Shown: positions 41,148 through 54,610 of the stretch, piece after piece | Numbering within the stretch: position 1 is the first letter of the stretch | How the letters are laid out: every line of letters starts with the position of its first letter | Source of the DNA: Octopus vulgaris | Taxonomy: Eukaryota | Length of the DNA stretch: 64,000 nt | Direction of reading: 5' to 3' | Assembly (NCBI GenBank): GCA_951406725.2 | Contig: OX597831.1 | Span: 40,548,001-40,612,000 of the forward strand | Position numbers and translations under genes: made by a program | Notes under the pieces: generated by a model | The model's input: only the letters and a program-made list of their open reading frames with translations | Databases searched by the model: none | Told to the model about the DNA's origin: nothing

Positions 41148-41589
41148 GTACACATTCCCTTATATATTTGTTTTTCAATTTTTCTTCTTTCTTTCCTTTA
41201 TTCCTCTCTTGTTTTTTTCCTTTTTTTATTATTTTATTATTTTTCTCCTTACTTTCTTCTCTTTCTTTTCTCTTTTTTCTCTTTTTCTCTTTACTTATTC
41301 CTCTCTTCCTGTTTTCGATTTGACCCTACCAATACATTCCCTACTTTTAGGTCACTTTAAATAAAACTCTTGATTCAATAACATTGTGTATCAACTCTAT
41401 ACTTGGAACGACCAATTTTAAATACTATTCGATTTTACTCATAGGGTATTGGAATCTTATATGTATACCATTATGCCTAAATAATGGATCTACAACTACA
41501 ATATCCCTACATATCTCACATCTATTTTCATTCCTCCTCTATTTCGTATCTTATCTAAATTAAGTATTACTTAACCATCCTCTCACACC

Positions 41590-41637
41590 GTTTCTGATGA
41601 AGAGATATAATAAATATCCTGGAGACAGCTGTAAGAC
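41590..41637 (+). ncRNA. Decayed type I hammerhead ribozyme
   Basis: gttt-CTGATGA-agaGATAT-aataa-ATATCctg-GAGACAGCTGTA-agac. GAAA is mutated to GAGA; stem III is the palindrome ACAGCTGT. Confidence 0.65.
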
Positions 41638-41698
41638 CTTCTATCTATAAATGTTCTAAAATGTACACAGTTTTTTTATCTCATAACGAAAAAAAATT

Positions 41699-41798
<100 letters not shown>

Positions 41799-41913
41799 CA
41801 AGATAGACTGTTTCAGTTTCCGTCTACTAAATCCACTCACACGGCTTTGGTTGGCTCGAGGTTATATAGTAGAACCATATTCAGACAAGCACATAACAAA
41901 AACACTCGGACTT

Positions 41914-41980
<67 letters not shown>

Positions 41981-41984
<4 letters not shown>

Positions 41985-42910
41985 TACTTGGATAAGAGAA
42001 ACAACGCGTGCGTTCGGTCATATAATAACAATATAATAAATAAATAAAACATATGCATATATACATACATATATGTACATACTTACATCTATATGTATAT
42101 ATACATGCAAATAAACGGAGGACACGAGAAACGAAAACATAAAATCAAACAAGGAGACGGACTTTTTTTAAACAACGAAAAAACAGAGTACAGGACAAAC
42201 AATACAAGGAAAATTCCCCTTCATCAGCTGCCCCTGGTTCGACTCAATGCGTGTTTCGAAGGTAAGGGCAGAACACGACCCGGCCGAAAAAATCCTTCCT
42301 GCAAAAGGAATTAAATAAAATTATTTTGCAGAGGGGTAAAACAAGTGACAAGAACAGGACGTAAAAGCAATACAAATGAAGAAAAAACAGTAGAAAAAAC
42401 AGTACAAATAAAGAATAACAGGACAAGGAAACCAACAATAAGGGCTTTTTTTAAGCCTAGACGGCGGAAAAATCGGCTTGCGAAAGACAGAGAAGTCGAT
42501 GTTGGCTTGTTGAAAGCACGAGCTGAAAGAAAGTTTTAGTAGCACTCCGGTCAACGGCCAGAGAGAGGAGGAGGAGGAAGAGGAGAGAGAGAGAGAGAGA
42601 AAGAAGGAAAAGAAACCAGAAAGGGTGAAAAATAAGAAGGAGAGAGACAAGTAGAGAGGAAGACAGACAGGCAGGGAGGAAAGGTCAAGTAAAGAGTAAG
42701 AGTGCGCGTTATGATTATTCAAATAAAAACTTACTTGGAGAAGAGAAACAACGCGAGCGTTCGGTCATATAATAACAATATAATAAATAAAACATATGCA
42801 TCCTGTACTCTATTTTTTCGTTGTTAAAAAAAGTCCGTTTCCTTGTTTGATTTTATGTTTTCGTTTCTCGTTGTGTTCTACGTTTATTTGTGGTGTCCTG
42901 TACTCATATA
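41981..42910 (-). mobile_element. (TA)n-flanked element: 747-bp unit with about 75-bp terminal redundancy, inverted duplication and permuted hammerhead
   Basis: Direct repeat 41981-42058 / 42728-42801. About 42107-42194 is inverted at 42801-42890. About 42020-42108 is inverted at 43188-43277. Confidence 0.85.
42216..42277 (-). ncRNA. Non-circularly permuted hammerhead motif with complete core
   Basis: Minus strand reads CGTGT-T | CTGCCCT-ta-cCTTC-GAAACACG-(14 nt)-aGGGGCAG-CTGATGA-A-GGGG. Strand order is III'-UH-I, then II'-GAAA-III, then I'-CUGAUGA-II. Confidence 0.75.
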
Positions 42911-42924
42911 TATATATATATGAT

Positions 42925-43152
42925 AAGGCGGCGAGCTGGCAGACACGTTGGTGCGCCGAGCGAAATGCTTAACGGTATTTCGTCTGTCGTTACGTTCTGA
43001 GTTCAAATTCCGCCGAGGTCAACTTTGCCTTTCATCCATTCGGGGTCGATAAATAAAGTACCAGTTTCGCACTGGGGTCGATATAATAGACTCAATCTCT
43101 TCGTCTGTCCTTGTTTGTCCCCTCTATGTTTAGCCCCTTCTGGGCAGTAAAG

Positions 43153-43155
<3 letters not shown>
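42925..43155 (+). mobile_element. SINE family A
   Basis: Full match to the family. Confidence 0.9.
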
Positions 43156-43191
<36 letters not shown>

Positions 43192-43276
43192 TGTATATAT
43201 ACATATAGATGTAAGTATGTACATATATGTATGTATATATGCATATGTTTTATTTATTTATTATATTGTTATTATA

Positions 43277-43319
<43 letters not shown>

Positions 43320-43322
<3 letters not shown>

Positions 43323-43484
43323 CATACAGAAAATTGCACTACTGGGCATTGCACACATCCTATGCAAAACACTTTCAATACAGTAAACATAAGAGCATCA
43401 CAACAAATCACAGCACATACCCAAGGCACACAGAGCTGCGCTCGGTAGTGAAATGAAAGCACGTGATAAAAATAAGACTACTGA
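43320..43484 (+). mobile_element. Very short 3' end of the second R4/Dong-like subfamily
   Basis: NIQKIALLGIAHILCKTLSIQ* plus a 3' UTR matching the reverse complement of 36060-36225, followed by (AAT)n. Confidence 0.75.
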
Positions 43485-43553
43485 ATAATAATAATAATAA
43501 TAATAACAACAACAATAATCATATGGAAAATAATAAAGAAATAATGTTCGTTG

Positions 43554-44176
43554 CACTTCAGCGTGGCTGTTCCATACAGAACTATGCAACTAGATTTTAA
43601 TCCTAAGAAAATAGGTTTTTGCACCTGGTTAACGACACAGCTTGTGTCTGATATATTGCGAGTAAGGAAGCGAACCACTCCTCCACCCATCTCCTTCCTC
43701 GAAAACGATAATTTCCGGGGTTAAAATGTAGAGACATCGTGGCACTTCGTCAGTTACGATGACAAGGGTTCCAGGTGATCCGAACAACGGAACATTCTGC
43801 TCGTGAAATTAACGTGCAAATGGCTGAACACTCCAAAGACACGTGTACTCTTAATGTAGTTAGCGGAGGAGATTCAGCGTGACACAGAGTGTGACAAGGC
43901 TGGCCCTTTGAAATACAGGTACAACAGAAACCAGGAAGAAAGAGTGAGAGAAAGTTGTGGTGAAAGTGTACAGCAGGGTTCACCGCCACCGCCTGATGGA
44001 GCCTTTGGAGCTTTAGATGTTTTCGCTCAATAAACACTCACAACGCCCGGTCTGGGAATCGAAACCGCGATCCTACGAGCTGGATCCTACGACCGCGAGT
44101 CCGCTGCCTTAACCTCTGGGTCATTGCGCCTCCACTGTAGAAAAATAGTTCTGTATGGAACAGCCACGCTGAAGTG
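43554..44176. mobile_element. MITE-like element with 32-bp perfect inverted termini and a nested SINE
   Basis: cacttcagcgtggctgttccatacagaactat at 43554-43585 and its reverse complement at 44145-44176. Confidence 0.65.
43745..44133 (-). mobile_element. tRNA(Arg)-derived SINE with the family C tail
   Basis: Minus-strand head ggaggcgcaatgacccagaggttaaggcagcggactcgcggtc...ggtttcgattcc. The tail is shared with 18545-18725. Confidence 0.85.
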
Positions 44177-44511
44177 GCAACAAATATTACATTTTAGTAT
44201 CGTTACAACTTACATCACTTTTAAGGATTCTAGAACCAGCTACTTTACTTGAATAAAGAAATACATTTACGAAAAAGAAAAGCCACCAAACGCTCAAACT
44301 CCTTCAACAAAAAACAGTGAAAAGTTTCATCGTGGTGGTATTTGACATTATTGTTCTTGAATCTATTCTTTTTCCCCTTCACTTTTATTATTGTTCAATC
44401 GTTATTTGTTAAACTTCTTATGCTTCTCTCTCTTTTTTTTTTGTATGCTCTATTATCTGTCTTGCTATCTTGTCGACCATCTTTCATTACAGATCTATTT
44501 CGCTCTCTTCA

Positions 44512-45097
<586 letters not shown>

Positions 45098-45882
45098 TTC
45101 TCTCGTTAACCATCTATGTTGTTTTTATCCTTTTACATGTCTTTATTCTTCTATTTTCCCTATATATATATATATAATAAATATCCTATGTGTGTGTGTG
45201 TTTGTAAGTATGTGTATGTTTCTGTAAGTATATGTACACACACACACACACATACACACACACACATGCACACACACACACACACACATACATGTATATA
45301 TATATATATATATCTCTTCTCTTCTCTCTTTCACACACATATATACCGACAAATACTCGTCTTGCTCTCTCAATGTTTCTTGTCATTTTGATCTTCGTTT
45401 ACTTTTTCTCTCGTTTCGCGTATTTTGTTTTTGCTCTTCGGCTTTCATTATTTTTTTTTATATTTTTTCGTGTCGTCTTTCTCTGTATGACGGCATGAGC
45501 AGAATGTTGTTTATTTATTTTTTTTTTTAATATTCACTACACAAGGCCTCGTTAGATAAAGATTTTCCTTTTTAAAAACCACTGAATTTAGTCTTTGTAA
45601 TATTTTAACCAACACAAAAATGAAAGAAAAAAAAGACTGAAAATATTTTTAGTCTTTATAAATTTTTCTTTACTCTTAAAACAAAAGCCGAAAATAACAA
45701 TTTAAAAACAGCAAAGTATATCATTAAAAACTAGACAAACTCTCTAATAGGATCAATAATGTGTCGAGCCGAAAAAGAGACGCATCAATGCGTTCATTCG
45801 ATCTTCTAAAAATAGAAGTCAATCCTTCCTGAAACCACATTAATAACTTTCATAAAGAAAGGGACGTTGGATGACGTAGTTT

Positions 45883-46100
45883 TACGAAGTGGGGGTGCTA
45901 AAAATTCCGGACTTTTGGTTAAATAAAATACAGGAGGCGTAGGAGTGGCTGCGTGGTAAGTAGTTTGCTTACGAACCACATGGTTCTGACTTCAGTCCCA
46001 CTGCGTGGAACCTTGGGCAAGTGTCTTCTGCTATAGCCTCGGGCTGAACAAAGCCTTGTGAGTGGATTTGGTAGATGGAAACCGAAAGAAGCCCGTCGTG

Positions 46101-46175
<75 letters not shown>

Positions 46176-46550
46176 GCTTGTGAATATGTTTGTTCCCCCA
46201 ACATCGGTTGACGACCGATGCTGGTGTGTTTATGTCCCTGTAACTTAGCGGTTCGGCAAAAGACCTGATAGAATAAGTACTAGGCTTACGAAGAATAAGT
46301 CCTGGGGTCGATTTGCTCGACTAAAGGCGGTGCTCCAGCATGGCCACAGTCAAATGACTGAAACAAGTAAAGAGAGAGAGAGAGGGTCTGTTAATTATGA
46401 TTTTATGCAGTATATTTCCCGCTGAGATTCACAGACTTATTGTAGCGGTCTTTCATTTTTCCTAAGCCCTGTAAAAGAACTCCGAAAGTTGGGCCTCCAA
46501 CTAAGCCTTTAAGTTCCTTAAAGCCAGGAACTTCTCAGCGCTCCCTTGTA
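45883..46550. mobile_element. Mariner-type MITE relic with a nested SINE-B
   Basis: Imperfect TIRs ta-cgaagtgggggtgctaaaaattccggacttt and aaagccaggaacttctcagcgctcccttg-ta. Confidence 0.55.
45936..46374 (+). mobile_element. SINE family B, full length
   Basis: Head, internal (TA)n and tail all present. Confidence 0.9.
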
Positions 46551-47109
46551 ATTACACTACTGTATTTCAGAAGAAAAAAAAAACTTGGGGGTCAATGGAT
46601 ACGTAATAGCTGGAAATATATTGCTCGTTGGCGGGTCCGGTTAGGGCTAACCTGGGTCTAAAACATTGCAAAATCAACAACAACGAATGAAGAAAAAGCA
46701 CTGTGGAAGTGTCTATACTTACAAATTGTAATTGTTGTTTAATCAACAAAATTTTATATAGAAAAGGAAAAAAACGAAACAGCGATCTAACGGTTGGAAA
46801 TTTCTTTCGTAAAGCATTCTTTAAAATGATCTTATTTCATATAAGAATTTTTATAGTATAGGTTTATATTTATCTGGAAATTTGCTTTAAATGTTTTCCT
46901 GTATTTATTTGTGAGCGAGTGACCCATGGCTTATTGGTTAGATTGTTGCACTGAAGACAACCAGATCGTAGTTCCAATTCCTGGATCGGGGAGGGCGTTG
47001 AGGTCTTGAGTAAAACACATCGTTTTACGCTGTTCCAAGATTATTTTGACGCCTAATGTGCGGTGCATTTGGTACCTGTTTAGGCAACGTCAACTTGATG
47101 GCAGGAATA

Positions 47110-47418
47110 AGCAACACGTTAGAACGTCGGGTTCGCAATCATGAAGTAGTGAGTTCGACTGTCGGACCGGGCAGTGTATTGTGTTCTTTATTTCACGCTG
47201 CTCCAGTTCACTCAACTGTAGAAATGCGACGTCACTGGTGCCAAGCTGTATCGACCTTTACCTTTTCCTCGAACAACATCGGTTGCAAAGTAAAGGGAGA
47301 CTATTATGCATGGCCGACTACTGGTCTTTCACAACAAACTTCACGGACTTGTGCCTCGGAGGAGAACTTTCTATATTCAATCCCATTGTCATTTATAACC
47401 GAAGGGGTCTTTACTCTT
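47110..47418 (+). mobile_element. SINE family D, decayed
   Basis: B-box gagttcgact; colinear with the reverse complement of 37885-38225. Confidence 0.7.
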
Positions 47419-48524
47419 TTTACATTTAATCACAATAAACATATCATCAATGTGGGCTGTTCAGCAAAAAATTGCAGAACCGTCCCTTTCGGACACGAGG
47501 GACAACAATCGTATATTTCTTTGGTCTTTGAATGAAAACTATTTTAAAGAAATAAGACCATTTTATAAAAATGTTTGTAGCAGAACTGCAGCCTTCTGTT
47601 AACATTTATTTTTTTAAAATTTCTAAAAATAAAAAAATACAGTTAAGATTGGTAAACATATTATTATAGTTTCAGGCATGGCTGTGTAGTTAAGAAACTC
47701 CATTGAAGCCGTATGGTTTCGGTGTTCAGTTCCATTGAAAGGCGTGTCTCAGGCAAGTGTCTTTCACTACAGTCCTGGGCCTATCACTGATTTGTGAGAG
47801 AATTTGCCAAACGGAAACTATGTGAAAGTTCATAGTACACAGACACACGCACGCACGCACATACACACATACACACACACAGCCTGCACCTATATACATA
47901 TATATAACAGCAGAATATGGAGAAAACTTTTGATCAGCAAACAAACAAATTGACTAATATCGGTTAACTATTTTTTACTACAAAATTTAACATTGCTTAC
48001 GGCCGTTTCGGCTACCAATGTCAGTTGGTGCCTACAAAGAAAATTCCGAAAATTATATTCGTCACCTTTATAGCACATTCGATCTCGTACATGGAGATTC
48101 GTCAGAGTGAATACAAATACATAAGATAAAAGAAGGGAAGAGGGAAGAAGAAAGAACAGGGCCTCGAGATGAGGCAAGAAGGCTCAATATATTACAATCA
48201 TGCCATTTTGCAGAGTGAAGCTTAACGTCGATGTGCAAAAGAGTAAACTAGCAAATAATCCAGAAAAATAATTGGTGGGTTACCTCTTTTATAGGGGTAC
48301 CAGGGTACATAAATAATAGTAAAATATAACTAGTGCTAAAGTAAAACAGGAATCGCCAATATGTCTAGAAAAAGGACAGTTCTTGTGATTTCGTAAATAG
48401 AGCTAATTAATATTTATCCCAAAACAAACACGTAAAGTTTTTATAATAGTATCCTTAGTGAAATATTCAAGAGACCAACCACCTATTCACCGTAATGTAA
48501 TTCACCAAAGTCCAGCTATATCTA

Positions 48525-48569
<45 letters not shown>

Positions 48570-48584
48570 ATGCATATATATCTA

Positions 48585-48634
<50 letters not shown>

Positions 48635-48668
48635 CCTACCTATCTATCTATCTATATACCTACCTATA

Positions 48669-48729
<61 letters not shown>

Positions 48730-48730
48730 G

Positions 48731-49858
48731 ACAGACAGATCTCAACATGTTGTAGTTGAAGGGGTAAAATCAAGCCCAGCCAAAGTCAGTAGTGGCGTTC
48801 CGCAAGGCACTGTGCTGGGCCCACTTCTTTTCATCATTTACATTAATGACATTAATGACATCATCAAGCACAGCAACATAAAAATCTTTGCAGATGACTC
48901 CAAGCTACAGAAGGTCATAAATGAGGCGAGTGACCGGACATGCCTTCAGTCAGATCTACTGGCTGTTATCCAATGGGCAGAAAAAAACAATATGCTGCTG
49001 AACGAGGATAAATTTGAGCTAATCCACTTTGGAAAAGAGGATGCCCTGAAACTCCCATACTCCCTTCCTTCAGGTGAAACTCTCGCGGCGTCCAACAACA
49101 TCAGAGACTTGGGAGTAATTGTGGACAACAACGTAAGCTGGGCCACTCATATAAACACCAAAGTTGACATGGCCCGCAGAATGTGTTCCTGGATTCTCAG
49201 AACTTTCCAGTCGAGAGATATCCACACCATTATCCTTCTCTTCTCCACTTTTGCCCGACCCCACCTTGAATACTGTTGTCCACTGTGGTCTCCCCACACA
49301 ATACAAGGTATCATAAAAGTTGAAGCACCTCAAAGGGCAATCACAAAAAGATAGATGGCATGACAGGCCTCGACTATTGGGGTCGGCTAGAAAAGCTAAA
49401 ACTCTATTCTCTCCAACGTCGTCGTGAGCGCTACATCATCTGCATGATGTGGAAAATATTCCATCAGCATTGCCCAAATGATGTTGGCATCACCTTTAAG
49501 GTACATCCAAGGCTTGGGCCCCGTGCCATCCGCCCAAAACAAAAATCGCACTCTCATCTCATAACAACAATACGGCACAATTATTTCACCTCAATTGGCC
49601 CCGCTCTCTTTAACATTACACCAAAACACATTAAAACAGAAACTGACCCTATAGGGTTCAAGAAGTCTTTGGACAGATTCCTTCAAGAAATCCCGGATAA
49701 ACCCCCTACACCCGGATATGTCTCTGTAAACAATAACTCTCTACTTGAGTGGGCCATAGTGCCCAAATTCTGACATGAAAGACTTCACCAGGTGGTGCTA
49801 TTAAGTTAGACATGGCCTGGGCCAATAATGGCCGAAACCTATCAAAGTATATCAAAGT
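48731..49858 (+). mobile_element. CR1-group LINE, 5'-truncated reverse transcriptase with 3' UTR
   Basis: SGVPQGTVLGPLLFIIYIND, FADD, RDLGV, HLEYCCPLWSPH, LKLYSLQRRRER. One frameshift near 49354. 3' short repeats tatcaaagta. Confidence 0.93.
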
Positions 49859-49877
49859 ATATATATATGTATATATG

Positions 49878-49908
<31 letters not shown>

Positions 49909-50209
49909 ATATATGTATATATATAATGCGAATACAGAAACACACACACACACACACACACGCACATGTACATGGGCAAGATGTAAGATTGTGTGCGTAT
50001 AGACATATGTCTAGTGTAGATGCTTGGGCAGCTGTCTGTCTCTATAGAGAGAACGAAGGAGGGAGAGTGATAAAAGAGAGAAAGAGAGATAGACACCATG
50101 ATTTTTCTTTCATTTACTTGAAACGCGACAATGCCGCAGCTGGCACAGCTATTGATGTTGTTGTCGTTGTTTGTCCTTTTCCTCGAAGCTAACTTGGCCT
50201 TAACATGTG

Positions 50210-50250
<41 letters not shown>

Positions 50251-51503
50251 GTGTGTGTGTGTGTGTGAATGTTTGTATGTATATATGTATGTATATACAT
50301 CGAGAAGCATTGTCTAGAGGCACGATTATTGTAACGACACACGCTATAGAAATTTGAATTTGCAGCCCACACTCTGATAAATACATGTAACTGTCTGGTG
50401 TTTTTGCAAGATGTGCTTTACCAATTACCTTTACGAAAATGCAACCACCCTGCACATATATAAAAACACATATTTATCATATAACTTATGACATCAATTC
50501 TTTATAACAGGAGCACATGACTCATCGTTGGACTAAAGTCATGAGCAAAGTTTATCTCAAAATACTTTGCTCACATTTGTCTCTTAAATGCATTGCTCAT
50601 CATGTGAAACATGGTCGTCAGAGGAGTTGAAGATTATGTTACCCTAAAGATATCATTAAAAGACACTTCATTATATCAAAAGAATGTCGTAGACGTTCTA
50701 AGGATGAACGTAACAAATTTCTTTTAATTTTTCCCACCGTGTTTTCTCATATTTTTATCTTATATTTTTCTGGTGACGAATGAGTGTTGGAAACGTCAAG
50801 CCTCCTTTCTTTTCTTTTTCAAGCTTTAAGCTAATAATACATTTATCTAAACTGACCCTCTGGTGTTGTGTACTTTTTATGTTTATTGTCGAGAATGTTA
50901 GGATTTTCCATTCACGATCGCAAGATAGAGATACTAGCTCCAGGAATGAGCGGCACTTAGTCTTCTTCAGCAAAAAAAAACTTCATTTCACATCGACGCA
51001 CCCAGTCAGTAGAAACCGGTTTGTCCTGCGTCGGAATGGCATTCCGTTTGGTGGCAGTGCAGAAATCTCGGTGAATTATGCGTCATAAAATTGCACGCCT
51101 AGTTAGTGGGCGAAGGGTGGTATCATTTGAAAGCTACAACAATGCGAAGAAGTGCATTGTGATCAGCGGTGTCAGATCGGTACAATGAAACAGCATCTAT
51201 ATGTATATATATATCTGTGCGGTAAAAAGCTTGTTTCCTAATGGATCCCGATTTAGTCCCACTGCGTGCTATCTTGGGAGATTGTCTTCTGTTATAGCCA
51301 CTGATGTGTTTGTGTCTGTGTTGACCCTCACTATCGTTTCAGCACCGGTGTTGGTTTGTTTACGTCTCCGTAACTTAACGATTCCGCAAATGAAGCCGAT
51401 AAAATAATTACCAGATTTAACAAAATATTACTGGAGTCACTTCTGTCGTAAAAGATAAAACACACACACACAAAGTAAAAGACACACACACAAAGTAAAA
51501 GAT

Positions 51504-51561
<58 letters not shown>

Positions 51562-51737
51562 AATGTATATGTATATACATATCTATATACATAAATTCAA
51601 CATGTGCGATTCTTTCTTGTCTTGGGATTCACGGTCAAATGGCTGGGTGGAATTGCGGGAAAAATTACACAGATGTGTAGAATGATCCGGTAGTGATGCT
51701 GGGCTTTCTATCATAGCTCCCATGATTACGGAGATAA

Positions 51738-51975
51738 TCTACTATAATAATACTCTTGTGTTTATGAATGAGAAAAGAAGGGATGATAGATGAATAAGGA
51801 AGGATGGGGTGATGTTATACTTGGTAGTGGGATGATGAAAATTGTACGCTGGAAAAACCGAATCAAACAACGTTTCAACTCTGTAGGGATATATGTGTAT
51901 GTAAAAGGTAGATTTCTGAATGATTGTGTGTCTGTGTGCATGGGCGCGCGTGTGTTTGTATGTGTGCGCGTGCAA
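51738..51975 (+). mobile_element. Helitron-like 5' fragment, family of 37203-37519
   Basis: Shares tctactataataatactcttg, gatagatgaataaggaagga and aatcaaaca.cgtttcaactctgt. Confidence 0.65.
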
Positions 51976-52206
51976 TGGAAGTGAGATGGTTCATCTTTGT
52001 TCGCTTAGTATTTGGGTTTATTCTTTGATTTGGTCGAATCTTGGTTGTTTTTTTTTTGTTTTGGGTGGGGGGTCAGTTATTTTTAGCGCTTTGACAAAGA
52101 AAAAGTCATACTAAAATTGCTTTTTAACGTAAGCGTGCCGAAACAAGTCGAATACTTACACAGAGCAGGTTATACAGCCACATCATCCAAACGGACCGGG
52201 TGAATG

Positions 52207-52285
<79 letters not shown>

Positions 52286-52304
52286 AAAGTGTACGTACGC
52301 CGCT

Positions 52305-52725
52305 ATATGTATATAAAATAAAATACAAAATGGGACAAGAACGCAAAACATCCGGACAACTAAGTGATACAAAAAGTACAACAAAGCATCCAGATAGACG
52401 ATACAAAAAAGCAAGGACGTGTCATTCGAAGTCTTTTATCCTCAGTCAAGAACCGGATCATCCTCGCAATTTCGGCTGATTAATCTTGAGATTGCTCCAA
52501 TCTGGCTAGCCCCAAGGAAAAACTAACCTAAGAGCATTAGATTCCTTGGAAAAAGCATCGAATGTATACGAAAACAAGGACAGAAAAAACAGACGATGTT
52601 ACACGAATATAAAAACAACAATACAATAAAAATGAATATACCTGGATGTTGTGTTGTCCATTTTTGTATCACCTAGTTGTCCAGCTGTTTTGCGTTCTTG
52701 TCCCATTTTGTATTTTATTATATAA
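52305..52725 (-). mobile_element. Microsatellite-flanked element with about 80-bp inverted termini and a permuted hammerhead motif
   Basis: About 52312-52393 is inverted at about 52642-52722. Confidence 0.75.
52430..52495 (-). ncRNA. Non-circularly permuted hammerhead motif, second sequence family
   Basis: Minus strand reads GCAAT-C | TCAAGA-ttaatcagcc-GAAATTGC-(14 nt)-TCTTGA-CTGAGGA. Stems I (6 bp) and III (5 bp) are perfect; stem II is poorly defined in this copy. Confidence 0.6.
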
Positions 52726-53141
52726 ATATATATATACACACATACATATGTGTGTGTATGTGTGTGTGTATACAAAAGGCTTTATATACAAAAGGATGCT
52801 TCAGTTTTAAAATGTCCAGTTTATTGAATGACGCCTGCAATGTTTCATATACAACTATAAAAAGGTGAAAAGCAATATGAATTATGATTTATGGAACAAT
52901 TACCTCCAGTTTGTGTTGTTTTTTTCGATTATTTCGTTTCCTCGAATATGTATTTATATTTCAATATAGCAGAATAATATATATTCAGTTTCTGAAACAA
53001 AGTCATGTACTTGTGTCTGTATGTGCATGCTATGCATGCACGTATGTATGTATGTATGTATGTATGTATGTATGTATGTATGTATGTTTGTATGTATGTA
53101 TGTATGTATGTATGTATTTATGTATGTATGTAGGTATGTAT

Positions 53142-53175
<34 letters not shown>

Positions 53176-53470
53176 TGTATGTATGTATGTATGTATGTAT
53201 GTATGTTTGTATGTATGTATGTTTGTATGTACGTAGGTGGGTATACATACAGCCGGACATATGTATATGCATATCAGTTTCTATGCATATGCAAAAATAT
53301 ATATTCATATACTCATGAATACAGTTACATATCTATATATACATTTACATATTCATACATGGAGACATGTCTCTCTTCTTCTCCCTTTTTCTCTCGTTCC
53401 CTTTCTCTCGTTCTCACTCTCCTTCAGTATATATATGTGTGTCTGAGTGAGTGTGTGTGCGTGAGTGTGG

Positions 53471-53573
<103 letters not shown>

Positions 53574-53654
53574 TAGAGAGAGATATACATTTGAATGTAT
53601 AAAACACAAATGTATGCATACATGTGTGTGTACGTTTGTGTGGGTGTGTGTCCA

Positions 53655-53692
<38 letters not shown>

Positions 53693-53746
53693 CATGTACG
53701 TAAGTATGTATATATATCTGTGTGTGTGTATGCATATTTATATATA

Positions 53747-53786
<40 letters not shown>

Positions 53787-53834
53787 GCATACATATATAC
53801 TATATATGTATATATGTATGTATGGACGTATGTG

Positions 53835-53865
<31 letters not shown>

Positions 53866-54497
53866 GTATATAATATATACACAAATGTATATTTCTGTAA
53901 ACATTTATATATACATATACGTATGTTCGTGTGTGTATATATATATATATATATATACATGCACACACACACGCACACACGCACACACAGCTATCATTGC
54001 ATATATTTACATAGCCTTCCCCAATATACCATTTCGTATGTTCCAATAGATGACATCGTGTATCAGTATATTAACTGAGATTTTATTTATAGCGACGTTA
54101 ATTCACATTCAGCGTGGCAGCTGCACTGATAGTGTCTCTTCCCAGTGAAATCAATAATTTATCAAACATGTACTGTTAGTAGATCACCCTACAAATATGA
54201 TCGCTGTAGGCTGGCGTCAAGTTCTCGAAAATCTACGGCTGTGGTATTGGTGTTGAATATTGGTACAAGGCCAGCAATTTATATTGGAGAGGCTAAGTCG
54301 GTTACAACGACCCCAGTGTTCAACTGGTATCTATTTGATCGGTCCTGAAAGGATGAAGTGCAAAGAAGACCTTGGTGGTATTTGAACTCAGAATGTAAAG
54401 ACGGACAAAATGTCGCTAAGCATTTTTGTTCGGCGTCCTAACGATTCTGCCAGCGTGTCGCCTTATCTACGTCTGTAATAATGATTTCAAATTCTGG

Positions 54498-54610
54498 CAC
54501 AAACCCAGCAGTTTTCGGGGCACAGACCCAGCAATTTTCTGTCACAAACCCAGTAATTTTCGGGGCACAGACCCAGCAATTTTCTGTCACAGACCCAGTA
54601 ATTTTCGGGG
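54498..54610. repeat. Short tandem repeat of about 21/24-bp subunits (cacagacccagcaatttt)
   Basis: Five related subunits read directly, adjacent to a decayed SINE-A. Confidence 0.8.
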
